Shown: positions 50,923 to 60,812, counted from the stretch's first letter. The stretch is 64,000 bases of DNA from Candidatus Oxydemutatoraceae bacterium (GCA_965219575.1 OZ244779.1:2220769-2284768), one strand, 5' to 3'. Numbers and translations are program-made. The notes: a model not told the origin generated them from the sequence alone.

Positions 50923-51462
50923 TTATCTGCCGAGGTTCTGAATGATGGCTTGGATCATCTCGGAATACTTGGAAAATTCGGTAGAAACTTCCCGCAATGC
51001 ATTGTTGCCGTCCTCCACACATTGGTTCAACTCCAACATCTGCGTTTTATTCTGACCGCTTATCTTCTGCATATACGAATCAAGATACTGCATGTTGATG
51101 TCCCACTCATCTTTGTCATGAATGTGGTCGTTACCGGTGTGATCCCACTGAATACCTCGAGCGTCTAGAAAATCTACCATGTCTTGCGGCATCTCCGAAG
51201 TGCCACCACCAGCCTTATTCTTCAGCTCTTTCATACGACTATACATGTCACGACACGCACTCATCTCGGCTAAGGTCGCTTTGACCTCGTCCAATTTATC
51301 TTGCGTGCGTAGGTTCATGAAGTCGTTGTATTGTAGAAACACCATCTGCACCGCAAGATCGGTATTCATTTGGTGATCGTCTTTGTTCTCATTTATAGGT
51401 ACATTGTATTTATTTATATCCGCTACTTGCTGACTTTGTCCCGATACATTTTGTGTTGCCAT
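50923..51462 (-). CDS. T3SS tip/filament protein, EspA/SseB/Bsp22-like, copy 2
   Basis: MPQDMVDFL..RGI (EspA/SseB-like) and C-terminal QMLELNQ...IQAIIQNL (Bsp22-like); own AGGAGG RBS. Confidence 0.65.
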   Translation of the reverse strand: MATQNVSGQSQQVADINKYNVPINENKDDHQMNTDLAVQMVFLQYNDFMNLRTQDKLDEVKATLAEMSACRDMYSRMKELKNKAGGGTSEMPQDMVDFLDARGIQWDHTGNDHIHDKDEWDINMQYLDSYMQKISGQNKTQMLELNQCVEDGNNALREVSTEFSKYSEMIQAIIQNLGR

Positions 51463-51499
51463 ATCTCCTCCTTTGTTTAATTACTAAGTCTACTAATGT

Positions 51500-52039
51500 T
51501 TATCTGCCTAGATTCTGAATGATGGCTTGGATCATCTCGGAATACTTGGAAAATTCGGTAGAGACTTCCCGCAGTGCATTGTTGCCGTCCTCCACACATT
51601 GGTTCAACTCCAACATCTGTGTTTTATTCTGACCGCTTATCTTCTGCATATACGAATCAAGATACTGCATGTTTATGTCCCACTCATCTTTGTTATGATT
51701 ATGGTCGTTACCGGTGTGATCCCACTGAATACCTCGAGCGTCTAGAAAATCTACCATGTCTTGCGGCATCTCCGAAGTACCGCCGCCGGCCTTATTCTTC
51801 AACTCTTTCATACGACTATACATATCACGACACGCACTCATCTCGGCTAAGGTCGCTTTGACCTCGTCCAATTTATCTTGTGTGCGTAGATTCATAAAGT
51901 CGTTGTATTGTAGAAACACCATCTGCACCGCAAGATCGGTATTCATTTGGTGGTCGTCTTTGTTTTCCTTTATATTTACATTGTATTTGTTTATATCCGC
52001 CACTTGCTGACTTTGTCCCGATACATTTTGTGTTGCCAT
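51500..52039 (-). CDS. T3SS tip/filament protein, copy 1
   Basis: 175/179 aa identical to 50923-51462. Confidence 0.65.
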   Translation of the reverse strand: MATQNVSGQSQQVADINKYNVNIKENKDDHQMNTDLAVQMVFLQYNDFMNLRTQDKLDEVKATLAEMSACRDMYSRMKELKNKAGGGTSEMPQDMVDFLDARGIQWDHTGNDHNHNKDEWDINMQYLDSYMQKISGQNKTQMLELNQCVEDGNNALREVSTEFSKYSEMIQAIIQNLGR

Positions 52040-52071
52040 ATCTCCTCCTTGTTTGATAAATGATTGTAAGT

Positions 52072-52362
52072 CTATATTTTAGTAACGCCACTGCGAGAAG
52101 CAATTGTACTGCTCCCGGCTTGACTATTCTGTTTGCTTTGTGCTTCTACCTTAGACATCGCTTTGTCGTGCTCTTCTTTGACCTTATCCTTAAACTCGGC
52201 ATCAAAAGAATCGCTAGCTAGAATGTCATCAACGATATTACTCATATCTCCGCTTATACCGGCCCTTTCATAAAAGGACTTGTTGTCTGCCACTAATTTT
52301 TCGGCTTTTGCAACTAGGTTTTCTGCGTCTTTAATTTGATCGTTTAACTCTTGTTCGTTCAT
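52072..52362 (-). CDS. Small T3SS-cluster protein (possible chaperone or regulator)
   Basis: First gene of the operon; GGAGG RBS; helical, acidic, 96 aa. Confidence 0.55.
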   Translation of the reverse strand: MNEQELNDQIKDAENLVAKAEKLVADNKSFYERAGISGDMSNIVDDILASDSFDAEFKDKVKEEHDKAMSKVEAQSKQNSQAGSSTIASRSGVTKI

Positions 52363-52471
52363 CTCCCCTCCGTTTGTTGACTGGTTAACAATAATGTTTG
52401 TTTTTTTAGTTTACATATTTCCAACCATAAGTCAATAACCTGTGCAGGCTGTGTAAGCGCAAAGTAGTAAT

Positions 52472-52860
52472 GTGGGGCTGTTGAAAAAGTGCGGACATCA
52501 CACAAACAGAACCTCCATTTGGTCTTGGTTTCCATAAATTGGACGGATGAATGTATAAACATAGTACAGATACGACGGGACTGTTGAAAAAGTATCGTCA
52601 GCTTGCAACCGTAACCGCTTGCGCCATGAATTTATGCAAACCACCGAGTCGTAGGGGCGGACTGGCATGTCCGCCCGAACACGCGTCATGTTTGCACGAA
52701 CCCAACCGCTTGCGCCATTTGGTTTTGGTTTCCATAAATTGGATGAATGTATAAACTGTGCTGATACGCAGCAACCACCCCGTCAGGCTGCGCCTGCCAC
52801 CCCTCCACAGGAGGGGAATGTACCGTTCCCATAGTTTGTGGATACTTTTTCAACAGCCCC
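52472..52860. repeat. Composite repeat array at the right flank of the T3SS cluster
   Basis: GGGGCTGTTGAAAAAG...CTTTTTCAACAGCCCC with REP and CCCCTCC modules. Confidence 0.9.
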
Positions 52861-52958
52861 ATGGCACGGCCACCCCATGGAAAGGTTTTACATTTTGTAC
52901 TATATATCAAGGTTCCGCGACTTATAGGCTAGAATAGGTTCCTCGTGTATACCCGATT

Positions 52959-53825
52959 ATGAAGAAAATACTAATTTACTTAGATACCAATCCAATCGCC
53001 AGTGCCTTTGACACCGTCGTCGCCTACGATGCCGGTGTCGATAATGTAATCTCTTATGCCGACATGACAGCCGATAAATGTTCTGCGGTCGTAGAGGGTG
53101 CCATCTATACGCGCCCGCCCAAGCATAAGCATAACACTGCGATTATGATCGGCGGTAGCGATTTGGATAAAGGCGAAACCTTAAAGGAAGCCGTGTGCGC
53201 GCAATTCTTCGATCGATTCCGAGTTTCTATCATGCTGGATAGCTGCGGTTGCAATACTACTGCGGCAGCCGGTGTTGCATTGCTAGCCAAGCATCATACG
53301 CTTTCGGGAAAAATTGTAGCCGTGTTGGCAGGTACCGGGCCGGTCGGACAACGCGCCGCAATCATGCTGGCTCAAGCGGGTGCCGAAACGGTGCGGCTTA
53401 CTTCGCGTAGACTCACTCGCGCCGAACAAGCCTGCAAACTTGCCGACAAACAGTATCGTGTTGAATTGCAGCCATGCGAGTGTAACGATACGCAAAGTAC
53501 CGATGCCGTGCTGGACGGTGCGCATATTGCATTTTGTGCCGGCAAAACCGGGATACAACTGCTGGCAACAGCACAGTGGCAAAACCACCCGACTTTAGAG
53601 GCAATGGTGGATGTCAATACGCAACCCCCGTTGGGTATAGAGGGAATAAACATGATGGATTCTAATGTGCTATACCACAACCGTTGCGTTATCTTCGGTG
53701 GGCTTGCGGTCGGCGCATTGAAGCTCAAACTACAGCGCACTTGTGTGGCGGCTTTGTTTGAACACAACGAATTGGTTCTGGATAGCGAAGAGATCTACAG
53801 CCGTGCGAGAACACTTCTCGGGTAG
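52959..53825 (+). CDS. mtdA: NADP-dependent methylene-H4MPT/methylene-H4F dehydrogenase
   Basis: S.FD.VVAYD.G.D, GAIYTR, FF..FRVS.MLDS.G.NTTAAAGV, LAGTGPVG, N.QPPLGI.GI, LKLKL.R.C...LFE. Confidence 0.9.
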   Translation: MKKILIYLDTNPIASAFDTVVAYDAGVDNVISYADMTADKCSAVVEGAIYTRPPKHKHNTAIMIGGSDLDKGETLKEAVCAQFFDRFRVSIMLDSCGCNTTAAAGVALLAKHHTLSGKIVAVLAGTGPVGQRAAIMLAQAGAETVRLTSRRLTRAEQACKLADKQYRVELQPCECNDTQSTDAVLDGAHIAFCAGKTGIQLLATAQWQNHPTLEAMVDVNTQPPLGIEGINMMDSNVLYHNRCVIFGGLAVGALKLKLQRTCVAALFEHNELVLDSEEIYSRARTLLG

Positions 53826-53826
53826 A

Positions 53827-54555
53827 TTAACGACGGCTGTTCAGTTCTTGTTCTATGCGCTCGAGTTCTCGGTTTAGATGGCGTATCGTATTGAGTTCAT
53901 CTATATCGTCGCTTGCTTTTTCCACTTCGGCATACGCAACATCGAGTTGTTTGATATACGCACCGATAGCGGTGCTTTCGTCTTCCATGTCGGCGTGTAG
54001 ATGTCGGTATAGATCGGCCTGCTCTTGTAGAGATGCCATCATCGACATATATGCCATCCCCATACGAAAATCGTAAGAGCGATAATCGTCTAATGTTTTG
54101 AGCTTCCCTTGATACTGCCGGTCCAAGTTTTCAAAAGTTTTTGCATAACGGAGCAACGATTCGCTGAAAGGTGATTGTATATCGTAGTTTTCAATCAAAA
54201 TCGGAATGATTTCTATGATGCGCAACCGTTCTCGGTCGTAGGCGATGAGCTTATCGATTAGATATTGGTCGTCCTTGTGTGTCTGCGTAACGATGTTGTT
54301 CAAAGTTTTTACTTCCGCCGCATAGTCGTCTCTAAGTTTTAGCAGTTGCTCGAGCGTCATCTCGGAGAGTCGCTCGGACCTCGTATAACCCGGCACCGGC
54401 TTATCGATAATGGGATGAGATTGAGGTTGCTCGGCAACAAGACTCTGCTGCATTAAAAGTAATACCAATAACGAAAGTAGACAAAGTTTCGGACTATTTG
54501 CGGAGTTATCCGAAAACTTAAAGGGTCTAAAATACCAAGTGCTAGTACCGCTCAT
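53827..54555 (-). CDS. Hypothetical exported helical/coiled-coil protein
   Basis: Hydrophobic N-terminal segment; heptad-rich body. Confidence 0.6.
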   Translation of the reverse strand: MSGTSTWYFRPFKFSDNSANSPKLCLLSLLVLLLMQQSLVAEQPQSHPIIDKPVPGYTRSERLSEMTLEQLLKLRDDYAAEVKTLNNIVTQTHKDDQYLIDKLIAYDRERLRIIEIIPILIENYDIQSPFSESLLRYAKTFENLDRQYQGKLKTLDDYRSYDFRMGMAYMSMMASLQEQADLYRHLHADMEDESTAIGAYIKQLDVAYAEVEKASDDIDELNTIRHLNRELERIEQELNSRR

Positions 54556-54573
54556 TGTGTGTTCCTAAATATA

Positions 54574-55419
54574 TTATGCTTGAGATTCTTTACGATATAA
54601 ATGCTTGCGAGGCATGCCACTTAACTTTGCGGCAACCGTAGCGACTTTACCGGGCGATAAATGCTCCGATAAGATGCGCACTAAATCATCGACTTTTATG
54701 GTAATCTGCGCTTCAGGCATCGATACACAAGCATCTAATAGTATAACAAACTCGCCTTTGCTTTGTTTTGGGGACTCGGACAGCCGGCATCCGATGTCGG
54801 ACAGAGTGCCGCGAATGATATGCTCGTGAATTTTGCTAAGCTCTTTAGCCAAACACGCAGTGCGCGCTTTACCGAAAACCTCTATCATATCGGTGATTGT
54901 AGCAATAATCCGATGCGGTGCTTCAAAAAAAACCATAATGCGACTTTCCCCTTTCAGATGTTGCAAGTGTTTGACACGCGCAACACGCCGCGACGGCAAA
55001 AAACCCTCGAAGACAAAGCGATTACACTCAAAACCTGCGCACGATAATGCAGTAGCAACCGCATTCGCACCCGGGATAGGCACCACCGAGATATGCTCAC
55101 GATGGCAAGCGGAGACAAGCAGATGTCCGGCATCGCTAAACAACGGGGTGCCGGCATCGCTGATCATAGCAAACCGCTGTCCTTGTTTTAGCCTTTTAAT
55201 CAGAGCATGACACCGTCGGACTTCGTTGTGCGTATGCAAACTCAATTTCGGGGTGTCGATTTGATAATGCGCCAATAAAACCGAACTGGTACGGGTATCT
55301 TCGCACAGCACACAATCAACTTCACGCAACACCTCCACAGCCCTAAAACTAAGGTCGGCTAAATTGCCTATGGGCGTTGCGACGATATACAATGCGCCTT
55401 CGCTGTCTACGGCTGTCAT
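54574..55419 (-). CDS. rsmI: 16S rRNA C1402 2'-O-methyltransferase
   Basis: LYIVATPIGNL.D, CEDTR, ISDAGTP, FEGFLP, KGEFV; divergent from lpoA. Confidence 0.95.
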   Translation of the reverse strand: MTAVDSEGALYIVATPIGNLADLSFRAVEVLREVDCVLCEDTRTSSVLLAHYQIDTPKLSLHTHNEVRRCHALIKRLKQGQRFAMISDAGTPLFSDAGHLLVSACHREHISVVPIPGANAVATALSCAGFECNRFVFEGFLPSRRVARVKHLQHLKGESRIMVFFEAPHRIIATITDMIEVFGKARTACLAKELSKIHEHIIRGTLSDIGCRLSESPKQSKGEFVILLDACVSMPEAQITIKVDDLVRILSEHLSPGKVATVAAKLSGMPRKHLYRKESQA

Positions 55420-55481
55420 GTGTAGTAGAATAACAGCAATCGGTAAAAATAAATTCTCTTTCACCGAGTAATTATATACAG

Positions 55482-57341
55482 ATGCAATATAAGAAACACT
55501 TTGTCATTATTTCGATCGGACTGCTGTTGAGCGGTTGCGCCGGTATCCAGTTACACGGCCTAAATCCTATAGATGAAATTAAGGTAAATTATGCCTATGT
55601 TCAAGCAAATAATTTGGCAAACGAAGCTCGCTATCTACAAGCGGCAGAGGTGTTGTGGGAGGCTGCAGCGAACCTGCCTTCACCGCCTAAAGAGAAAATG
55701 CAACTGGAGAGTTCCCGAATGTTGATCAAAGGACAATATCTATTGAATGCCCACAAACAATTAATCGCAATAAACGAAGAAGCACTCGAACCTAAAGCCA
55801 TGCTCGATAAAAGAATTCTGACCGCTACTTTCTATAGACAAATCAAACAACCCGAGAAGGTGGTCTCACTATTGCCCGAAGCGTTAATAGACGAGGGCGA
55901 CGATGCACTTAAAAAAGAAGCGTTGATGTTGCGCGCCGACGGCTTAAAAAGTACTCGCAGATATATAGAGAGTTTAGTTGCTTATGCCGAGCTCAAGGAA
56001 TTCTTGAATGAAGACGAATACTCGCGTAATACCGAAAAAATCTGGCAAGCCGTAGTTTCTATAAATCCCGAAGATGCCCGTGAACGACTAGCAAGCGAGG
56101 AAGCAAACCAAGAACTCGGGGCATGGCTTGAACTTGCGCTGCTGGCAACTCCGATACAAATAGACACAACCCGACTGGAAGAGGATTATCAAAGCTGGTT
56201 GAACAGATACAGCTTCTTGGATGTGCCGGATTACGCCTTTGATGAGCTACTCTCACGCTGGGCCTATTTTGATTTTCATCCCGAAAAAATTACCCTGATC
56301 TTGCCTTTGACCGGCGGGTATGCAAACATCGGCAGAACAATCAAAGATGGTTTTCTGGATGCACAGAAAGAGGCTCAAAACACTACGCCGACCGTCTCGC
56401 AAAAGGAAATGCAAATCGATATCTACGATTCAAACCAAAATCGGAGTATCGTCGAACTTTACCAAGAAGCGACCCGTGAAGGGACGGATATGGTCATCGG
56501 ACCGTTGCTCAAAAAGAATGTTGATGCATTGTTAAAGCATAGCCCGCTACCGACACCCGCTATCACACTCAATTATGCGAGCGATGCCGAAAACATTGCG
56601 AAAGGCGAAGTTTTTCAATTCGGGCTTTATCCGGAAGACGAAGCCGAGCAAATTGCCAGAAAATTACTGGACAAGGAATATAATTCGGTCGTGGTCATGG
56701 CTGCCGATAACGAATGGGGGGAGCGCATGGTGCGCCGATTTTCCGAAGTATACCTTCGGCTGGAAAGCACGATACAAGAGATCTATTACTACGACACCGA
56801 GTTTGAAGATTATGCGCCTAGCGTACAATCGCTATTCCACTTAAGTCAAAGCATACAACGGTATGCCGATATAGAACAGGTGGTAGGAAGAGAAATGGAT
56901 TTCAAGCCGCGTATCCGAGACGATATTAACGCCGCAGTGTTATTCGCCAACTATCAAAACGCAATTCTTATCTATCCTTTGATGAAGTTTTACTACGCCG
57001 ACGAACTTCCGGTTTATGCGTCGTCGCACGCCTACGAGCCGGGCAAGGAAAAATTGCTACGCGAACTCGACGGCTTAGTCTATAACGATATTCCCTTTAT
57101 CGTTGACCCTGTGCGCTATCCGAATAGCGAGCAGGTCAAAGAATTTCCTAGGTTATATGCACTAGGTAAAGATGCATACCGTTTGATCAACTCAATAAGA
57201 CGAATCTCGATTAGTAGTACCGAACTCAGTGGTGCGACCGGCTATATTTCGGTAGACGAAAATCGCCGTCTGCACAGACGCTTGAACTGGGCTAGATTTA
57301 ATAAAGGAAAACCCGTTGCGCTGGTTCACGAGCAATACTAA
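55482..57341 (+). CDS. lpoA: Penicillin-binding protein activator LpoA
   Basis: Lipobox LSGC, LPLTG, IGPLLK, FGL.PEDEA, RLYALG.DAY, GATG. Confidence 0.9.
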   Translation: MQYKKHFVIISIGLLLSGCAGIQLHGLNPIDEIKVNYAYVQANNLANEARYLQAAEVLWEAAANLPSPPKEKMQLESSRMLIKGQYLLNAHKQLIAINEEALEPKAMLDKRILTATFYRQIKQPEKVVSLLPEALIDEGDDALKKEALMLRADGLKSTRRYIESLVAYAELKEFLNEDEYSRNTEKIWQAVVSINPEDARERLASEEANQELGAWLELALLATPIQIDTTRLEEDYQSWLNRYSFLDVPDYAFDELLSRWAYFDFHPEKITLILPLTGGYANIGRTIKDGFLDAQKEAQNTTPTVSQKEMQIDIYDSNQNRSIVELYQEATREGTDMVIGPLLKKNVDALLKHSPLPTPAITLNYASDAENIAKGEVFQFGLYPEDEAEQIARKLLDKEYNSVVVMAADNEWGERMVRRFSEVYLRLESTIQEIYYYDTEFEDYAPSVQSLFHLSQSIQRYADIEQVVGREMDFKPRIRDDINAAVLFANYQNAILIYPLMKFYYADELPVYASSHAYEPGKEKLLRELDGLVYNDIPFIVDPVRYPNSEQVKEFPRLYALGKDAYRLINSIRRISISSTELSGATGYISVDENRRLHRRLNWARFNKGKPVALVHEQY

Positions 57342-57693
57342 GACCAACGAACGACGGCACTATTCCGAAGATCTTGCACTCAAGTACTTAAAACGATGCG
57401 GACTTAAACTCGTTGTGCGTAATTATTACTCCCGGCACGGCGAAATAGATTTGATTATGCAGGATAAAGATACTCTGGTATTCGTCGAAGTGCGCTATCG
57501 CAAACACAACGATTACGGGGGTGCCGCAGAAAGCGTTGATCATCATAAACAAGCTCGCATTGCGAATACCGCCGAGCGTTATTTGCAAGCACATTCGTGG
57601 GACGGTCCGTGTCGCTTTGATATCGTTGCCATCGAAGGCAAAGCAAAGCCACAATGGATTGTCGGAGCATTCGACATGCCTCGGGAGACCTAG
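57316..57693 (+). CDS. yraN: YraN family protein (UPF0102)
   Basis: RNY....GEIDLIM, LVFVEVRYR, YGGAAESV, CRFDIV. Confidence 0.92.
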   Translation: MRWFTSNTKTNERRHYSEDLALKYLKRCGLKLVVRNYYSRHGEIDLIMQDKDTLVFVEVRYRKHNDYGGAAESVDHHKQARIANTAERYLQAHSWDGPCRFDIVAIEGKAKPQWIVGAFDMPRET

Positions 57694-57795
57694 AATACGC
57701 CGTCATCCCGTTCGTCGGTTTTTAGCTACCATTCGTTGGGTTGCCGAGTCGGGTTATCGAAGATCGAATCATAATGTTTTCTCTGTAGCAACACC

Positions 57796-57823
57796 TTGCT
57801 TTAGCAAGATGTTTATTTATAAT
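57796..57823 (+). promoter_or_regulatory. Putative sigma70 promoter overlapped by a palindrome
   Basis: TTGCTT-16 nt-TATAAT; CTTGCT-TT-AGCAAG inverted repeat over the -35; AGGAG RBS downstream. Confidence 0.4.
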
Positions 57824-57843
57824 CTAACAATAGGAGAAAAGAT

Positions 57844-58140
57844 ATGAATATAACCAACGAAAAACTATACGAAATGATAGTTGAAATAAAATCCGATATA
57901 TCGGATTTCAAGGCCGAAGTAAAATCCGACATATCGGATTTTAAGGCCGAGATAAGGTCCGATATGGCAAACTTCAAGGCCGAAGTGACATCCGAGATAG
58001 CGGAAATAAAAGCTGCCCAATCGGAACTTCGTGCAGACATTAGTAAGTGGGGCGTTGCATTATTCATCGGGAGCATCGTCGCTATGACCTCAATCATCGG
58101 CATCTTCTTGGCAAGCGTCGTTCTGACGGTTGCGCAGTAG
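57844..58140 (+). CDS. Membrane-anchored coiled-coil protein with 11-aa repeats
   Basis: KSDISDFKAEV-type 33-bp repeats, then KW + TM; AGGAG RBS. Confidence 0.75.
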   Translation: MNITNEKLYEMIVEIKSDISDFKAEVKSDISDFKAEIRSDMANFKAEVTSEIAEIKAAQSELRADISKWGVALFIGSIVAMTSIIGIFLASVVLTVAQ

Positions 58141-58162
58141 GAACTCGGGGTTGTTAAAGAAG

Positions 58163-58240
58163 TATCCACAAACCGTAGGGGCGGACTTATATGTCCGCCC
58201 GTAACGCGTTAGTCTGCACGATTTATACACTATGGAAAAT
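58163..58240. repeat. Truncated repeat unit with a GTAG-REP
   Basis: GTAGGGGCGGACTTATATGTCCGCCCGTAACGCG...TTTATACA. Confidence 0.8.
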
Positions 58241-59641
58241 CAAATACAACCCGACTCTATTGTCGCTTTAGACGATCAACATATATCACAATTAGAGGCA
58301 ATCTGCCGGCAACACGGGCAGGTACTTCACAAGGCCGCCGATTGTCTGCCTTATGGATGTGACAACAGCAAACAGTACGCACAACCGGCAGCGGTGGTAT
58401 TGCCGCAAACACACGATGAAGTTGTTGAAATTGTCCGCTTGTGCAGAGCGCATCGTTTGCCTATCACGCCGCGCGGTCGCGGCACGAATACGACGGGTGC
58501 TACGGTACCTATTTACGGCGGTGTCGTAGTGTGCATGGAGCGTATGAACCACATTTTAGAAATAGACACCGTCAATCGTACCTTACACGCACAAACCGGT
58601 GTTAGTAATCAGGCGATACAGGATTATTGCGCAACCGAACAATTATTCTGGCCACCGGATCCGAGCAGTGCCGAGTTCTGCACACTGGGCGGGAACTTGG
58701 CTTGCAATGCAGCGGGACCCAAAGCGGTGAAATACGGTACGACACGCGAAAACACTCTGAAACTTAAAGCGGTCACGGGTGCCGGGGAGACTTTGTGGAC
58801 CGGTTCCGTCACCAGCAAAAGCGTCGTCGGACTTGACCTAACCAGGTTACTCATCGGTTCCGAAGGCACGCTTGCGATTATCACCGAGGCAATCTTAAAG
58901 CTAAGCAAGTTAGCTCCGCATAAACATTGCATGCGCCTAGATTATCGCTCGGTGGAAACCGCACTGCAGGCGGTATGCGACATCATGGCACAACACGAAA
59001 CGCCATGCGCACTGGAATTAATGGATCATAAATGCTTGGAGTTACTAAAAAATCATACCGACCTTGATATTGCAACCGAGGTACAAGCGATGTTGATCGT
59101 TGAAGCCGACGGCGGCGAAGCCACCGTAGAACACGCAATCGCAACCATACACAAAGCGGCGGCGAACGAAGGGTTACATGCCACTTTGCACGCAAGCAAT
59201 CCCCGACAAAGTGAAACCCTATGGGAAACCAGAAAAAAATTATCGCCGGTGTTGAGGAACTATAAACCGTGCAAAATCAACGAGGACATCGTGGTGCCGA
59301 TATCCGCACTGCCCGACTTGGTGCGCGGATTGGATATGATCGCCGAGCAAAACCGCATAGACATCGTCAATTTCGGGCACGCCGGCAACGGCAATCTACA
59401 TGTCAATATCCTCTACGACACCGAACAAGAAAAAAACGCACAACAGGCACTCGCCGAACTATTTGAACTGACACTAAAACTCGACGGCAGCTTGTCCGGC
59501 GAACACGGCATCGGTTTGAGCAAACGCGACCTAATCAAGCAGGAACTAGATCCCCACACCATAGAATTGATGCGACAACTCGGCACCGTACTAGACCCCG
59601 ACGATATATTAAATCGCGGCAAAGGATTACCGACTCCATAA
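58232..59641 (+). CDS. FAD-linked oxidase, GlcD/D-lactate dehydrogenase family
   Basis: PRG.GT, PPDPSS, TLGGN.A.NA.G...VKYG, IGSEGTL, FGHAG.GNLH, SGEHGIG. Confidence 0.9.
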   Translation: MENQIQPDSIVALDDQHISQLEAICRQHGQVLHKAADCLPYGCDNSKQYAQPAAVVLPQTHDEVVEIVRLCRAHRLPITPRGRGTNTTGATVPIYGGVVVCMERMNHILEIDTVNRTLHAQTGVSNQAIQDYCATEQLFWPPDPSSAEFCTLGGNLACNAAGPKAVKYGTTRENTLKLKAVTGAGETLWTGSVTSKSVVGLDLTRLLIGSEGTLAIITEAILKLSKLAPHKHCMRLDYRSVETALQAVCDIMAQHETPCALELMDHKCLELLKNHTDLDIATEVQAMLIVEADGGEATVEHAIATIHKAAANEGLHATLHASNPRQSETLWETRKKLSPVLRNYKPCKINEDIVVPISALPDLVRGLDMIAEQNRIDIVNFGHAGNGNLHVNILYDTEQEKNAQQALAELFELTLKLDGSLSGEHGIGLSKRDLIKQELDPHTIELMRQLGTVLDPDDILNRGKGLPTP

Positions 59642-60059
59642 GCGCAATAGAGTGATTGGTATTTGAGTATTAGATATAAGCAACGGTGAAATATAATGTT
59701 TGCAAAACCACGATGTAAACTACGAAATGTAGGGGTAGACTACATTGAGATTCTGGACAACAAATTTTAGGTGTGTTTAATTCATTTTTCAGTATAATGA
59801 TAAACGCTTAGGTAGACTTAATTGCACCTAGGAAGTCGGAGGAGACACGCTGCAGACAACTTGGGCATTAAAGCCCGCGTATCATATTAGGTTTAAAGCA
59901 CCAGAATTTATGATACATATATTTAGCACTCCTCCGGCGTTTCTTACTGCCCGGATTCAATTTGTATTAGTACGGTACTTACTCGTCGCAAAATAGGATA
60001 CAATACACGCCATAGTAAAATTATTAAAGAAACTATATTAAAGAATTAGGAGAGATTGT

Positions 60060-60137
60060 ATGACTTTATATCGTGTAGTAGCAGCGGTTGTCGGCTTGGC
60101 TTTGATGATAGCTGCCTATCTTTTAGCACAGCAATAA
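60060..60137 (+). CDS. Putative 25-aa single-TM peptide
   Basis: AGGAG RBS; MTLYRVVAAVVGLALMIAAYLLAQQ*. Confidence 0.5.
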   Translation: MTLYRVVAAVVGLALMIAAYLLAQQ

Positions 60138-60167
60138 TTCTTACACTATTAAAGATAAAGCGAAGAC

Positions 60168-60812
60168 GTGTGGTTAATTATCAAACACCCACGGTGCTTA
60201 TTGCTATGTGTACTGCTCATTCTGGTTAGAGTTTCAGGTGCGCAGTCTGTTATTGTCTCGGAGCAGGCAAAGGTTCAAAACGACACTATGGAGGTGCTTT
60301 TCGTAGCGAAGGTGCTCAGTGGTTCGCCCGAGGCGGCGATGTCGGATGTAATGACGCTAGCGGATTGGGCACTTTCTTATCAGAGTAGCTATCCCGAAGT
60401 AGCCATATTGCAAGCGACACCGCAAAGGGCGCAGTACTACGACTCCAAGAAGCGGCTACAGGAATGGTCGGCATCGCAAGAAATTAAACTCAAGAGTGAA
60501 AACTTAGAGGAGATACATGCACTGACAGGCGAGTTGCTGGGTAGACTGGATCCGGTGAGAGTGCAGTTTCTTTTATCCGAGCGGGAGCGTGCAAAGACAG
60601 AGAGGATATTGCTGGCTAAGGTTTTGCAACGCTACGAGGATAAATCCGTCTCGCTTTCGGTTAAGCCGCAACACTATATCAGAATTACCGCAAACAATCT
60701 CGCAAATGAGACCAGCCGTTCGTTGTCCAAGACTCTTTTAGAGGCGAGGTCTTTGGATGCGAGCTTTCAACCGGGGTTCAGTATTATCAAAGTAGAACTG
60801 GTCGGTATCTAA
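60168..60812 (+). CDS. Exported protein, SIMPL/DUF541-like (divergent)
   Basis: Signal peptide; V.ND.M.V, W...Q.I.L.S, F.LS...R pattern. Confidence 0.5.
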   Translation: MWLIIKHPRCLLLCVLLILVRVSGAQSVIVSEQAKVQNDTMEVLFVAKVLSGSPEAAMSDVMTLADWALSYQSSYPEVAILQATPQRAQYYDSKKRLQEWSASQEIKLKSENLEEIHALTGELLGRLDPVRVQFLLSERERAKTERILLAKVLQRYEDKSVSLSVKPQHYIRITANNLANETSRSLSKTLLEARSLDASFQPGFSIIKVELVGI

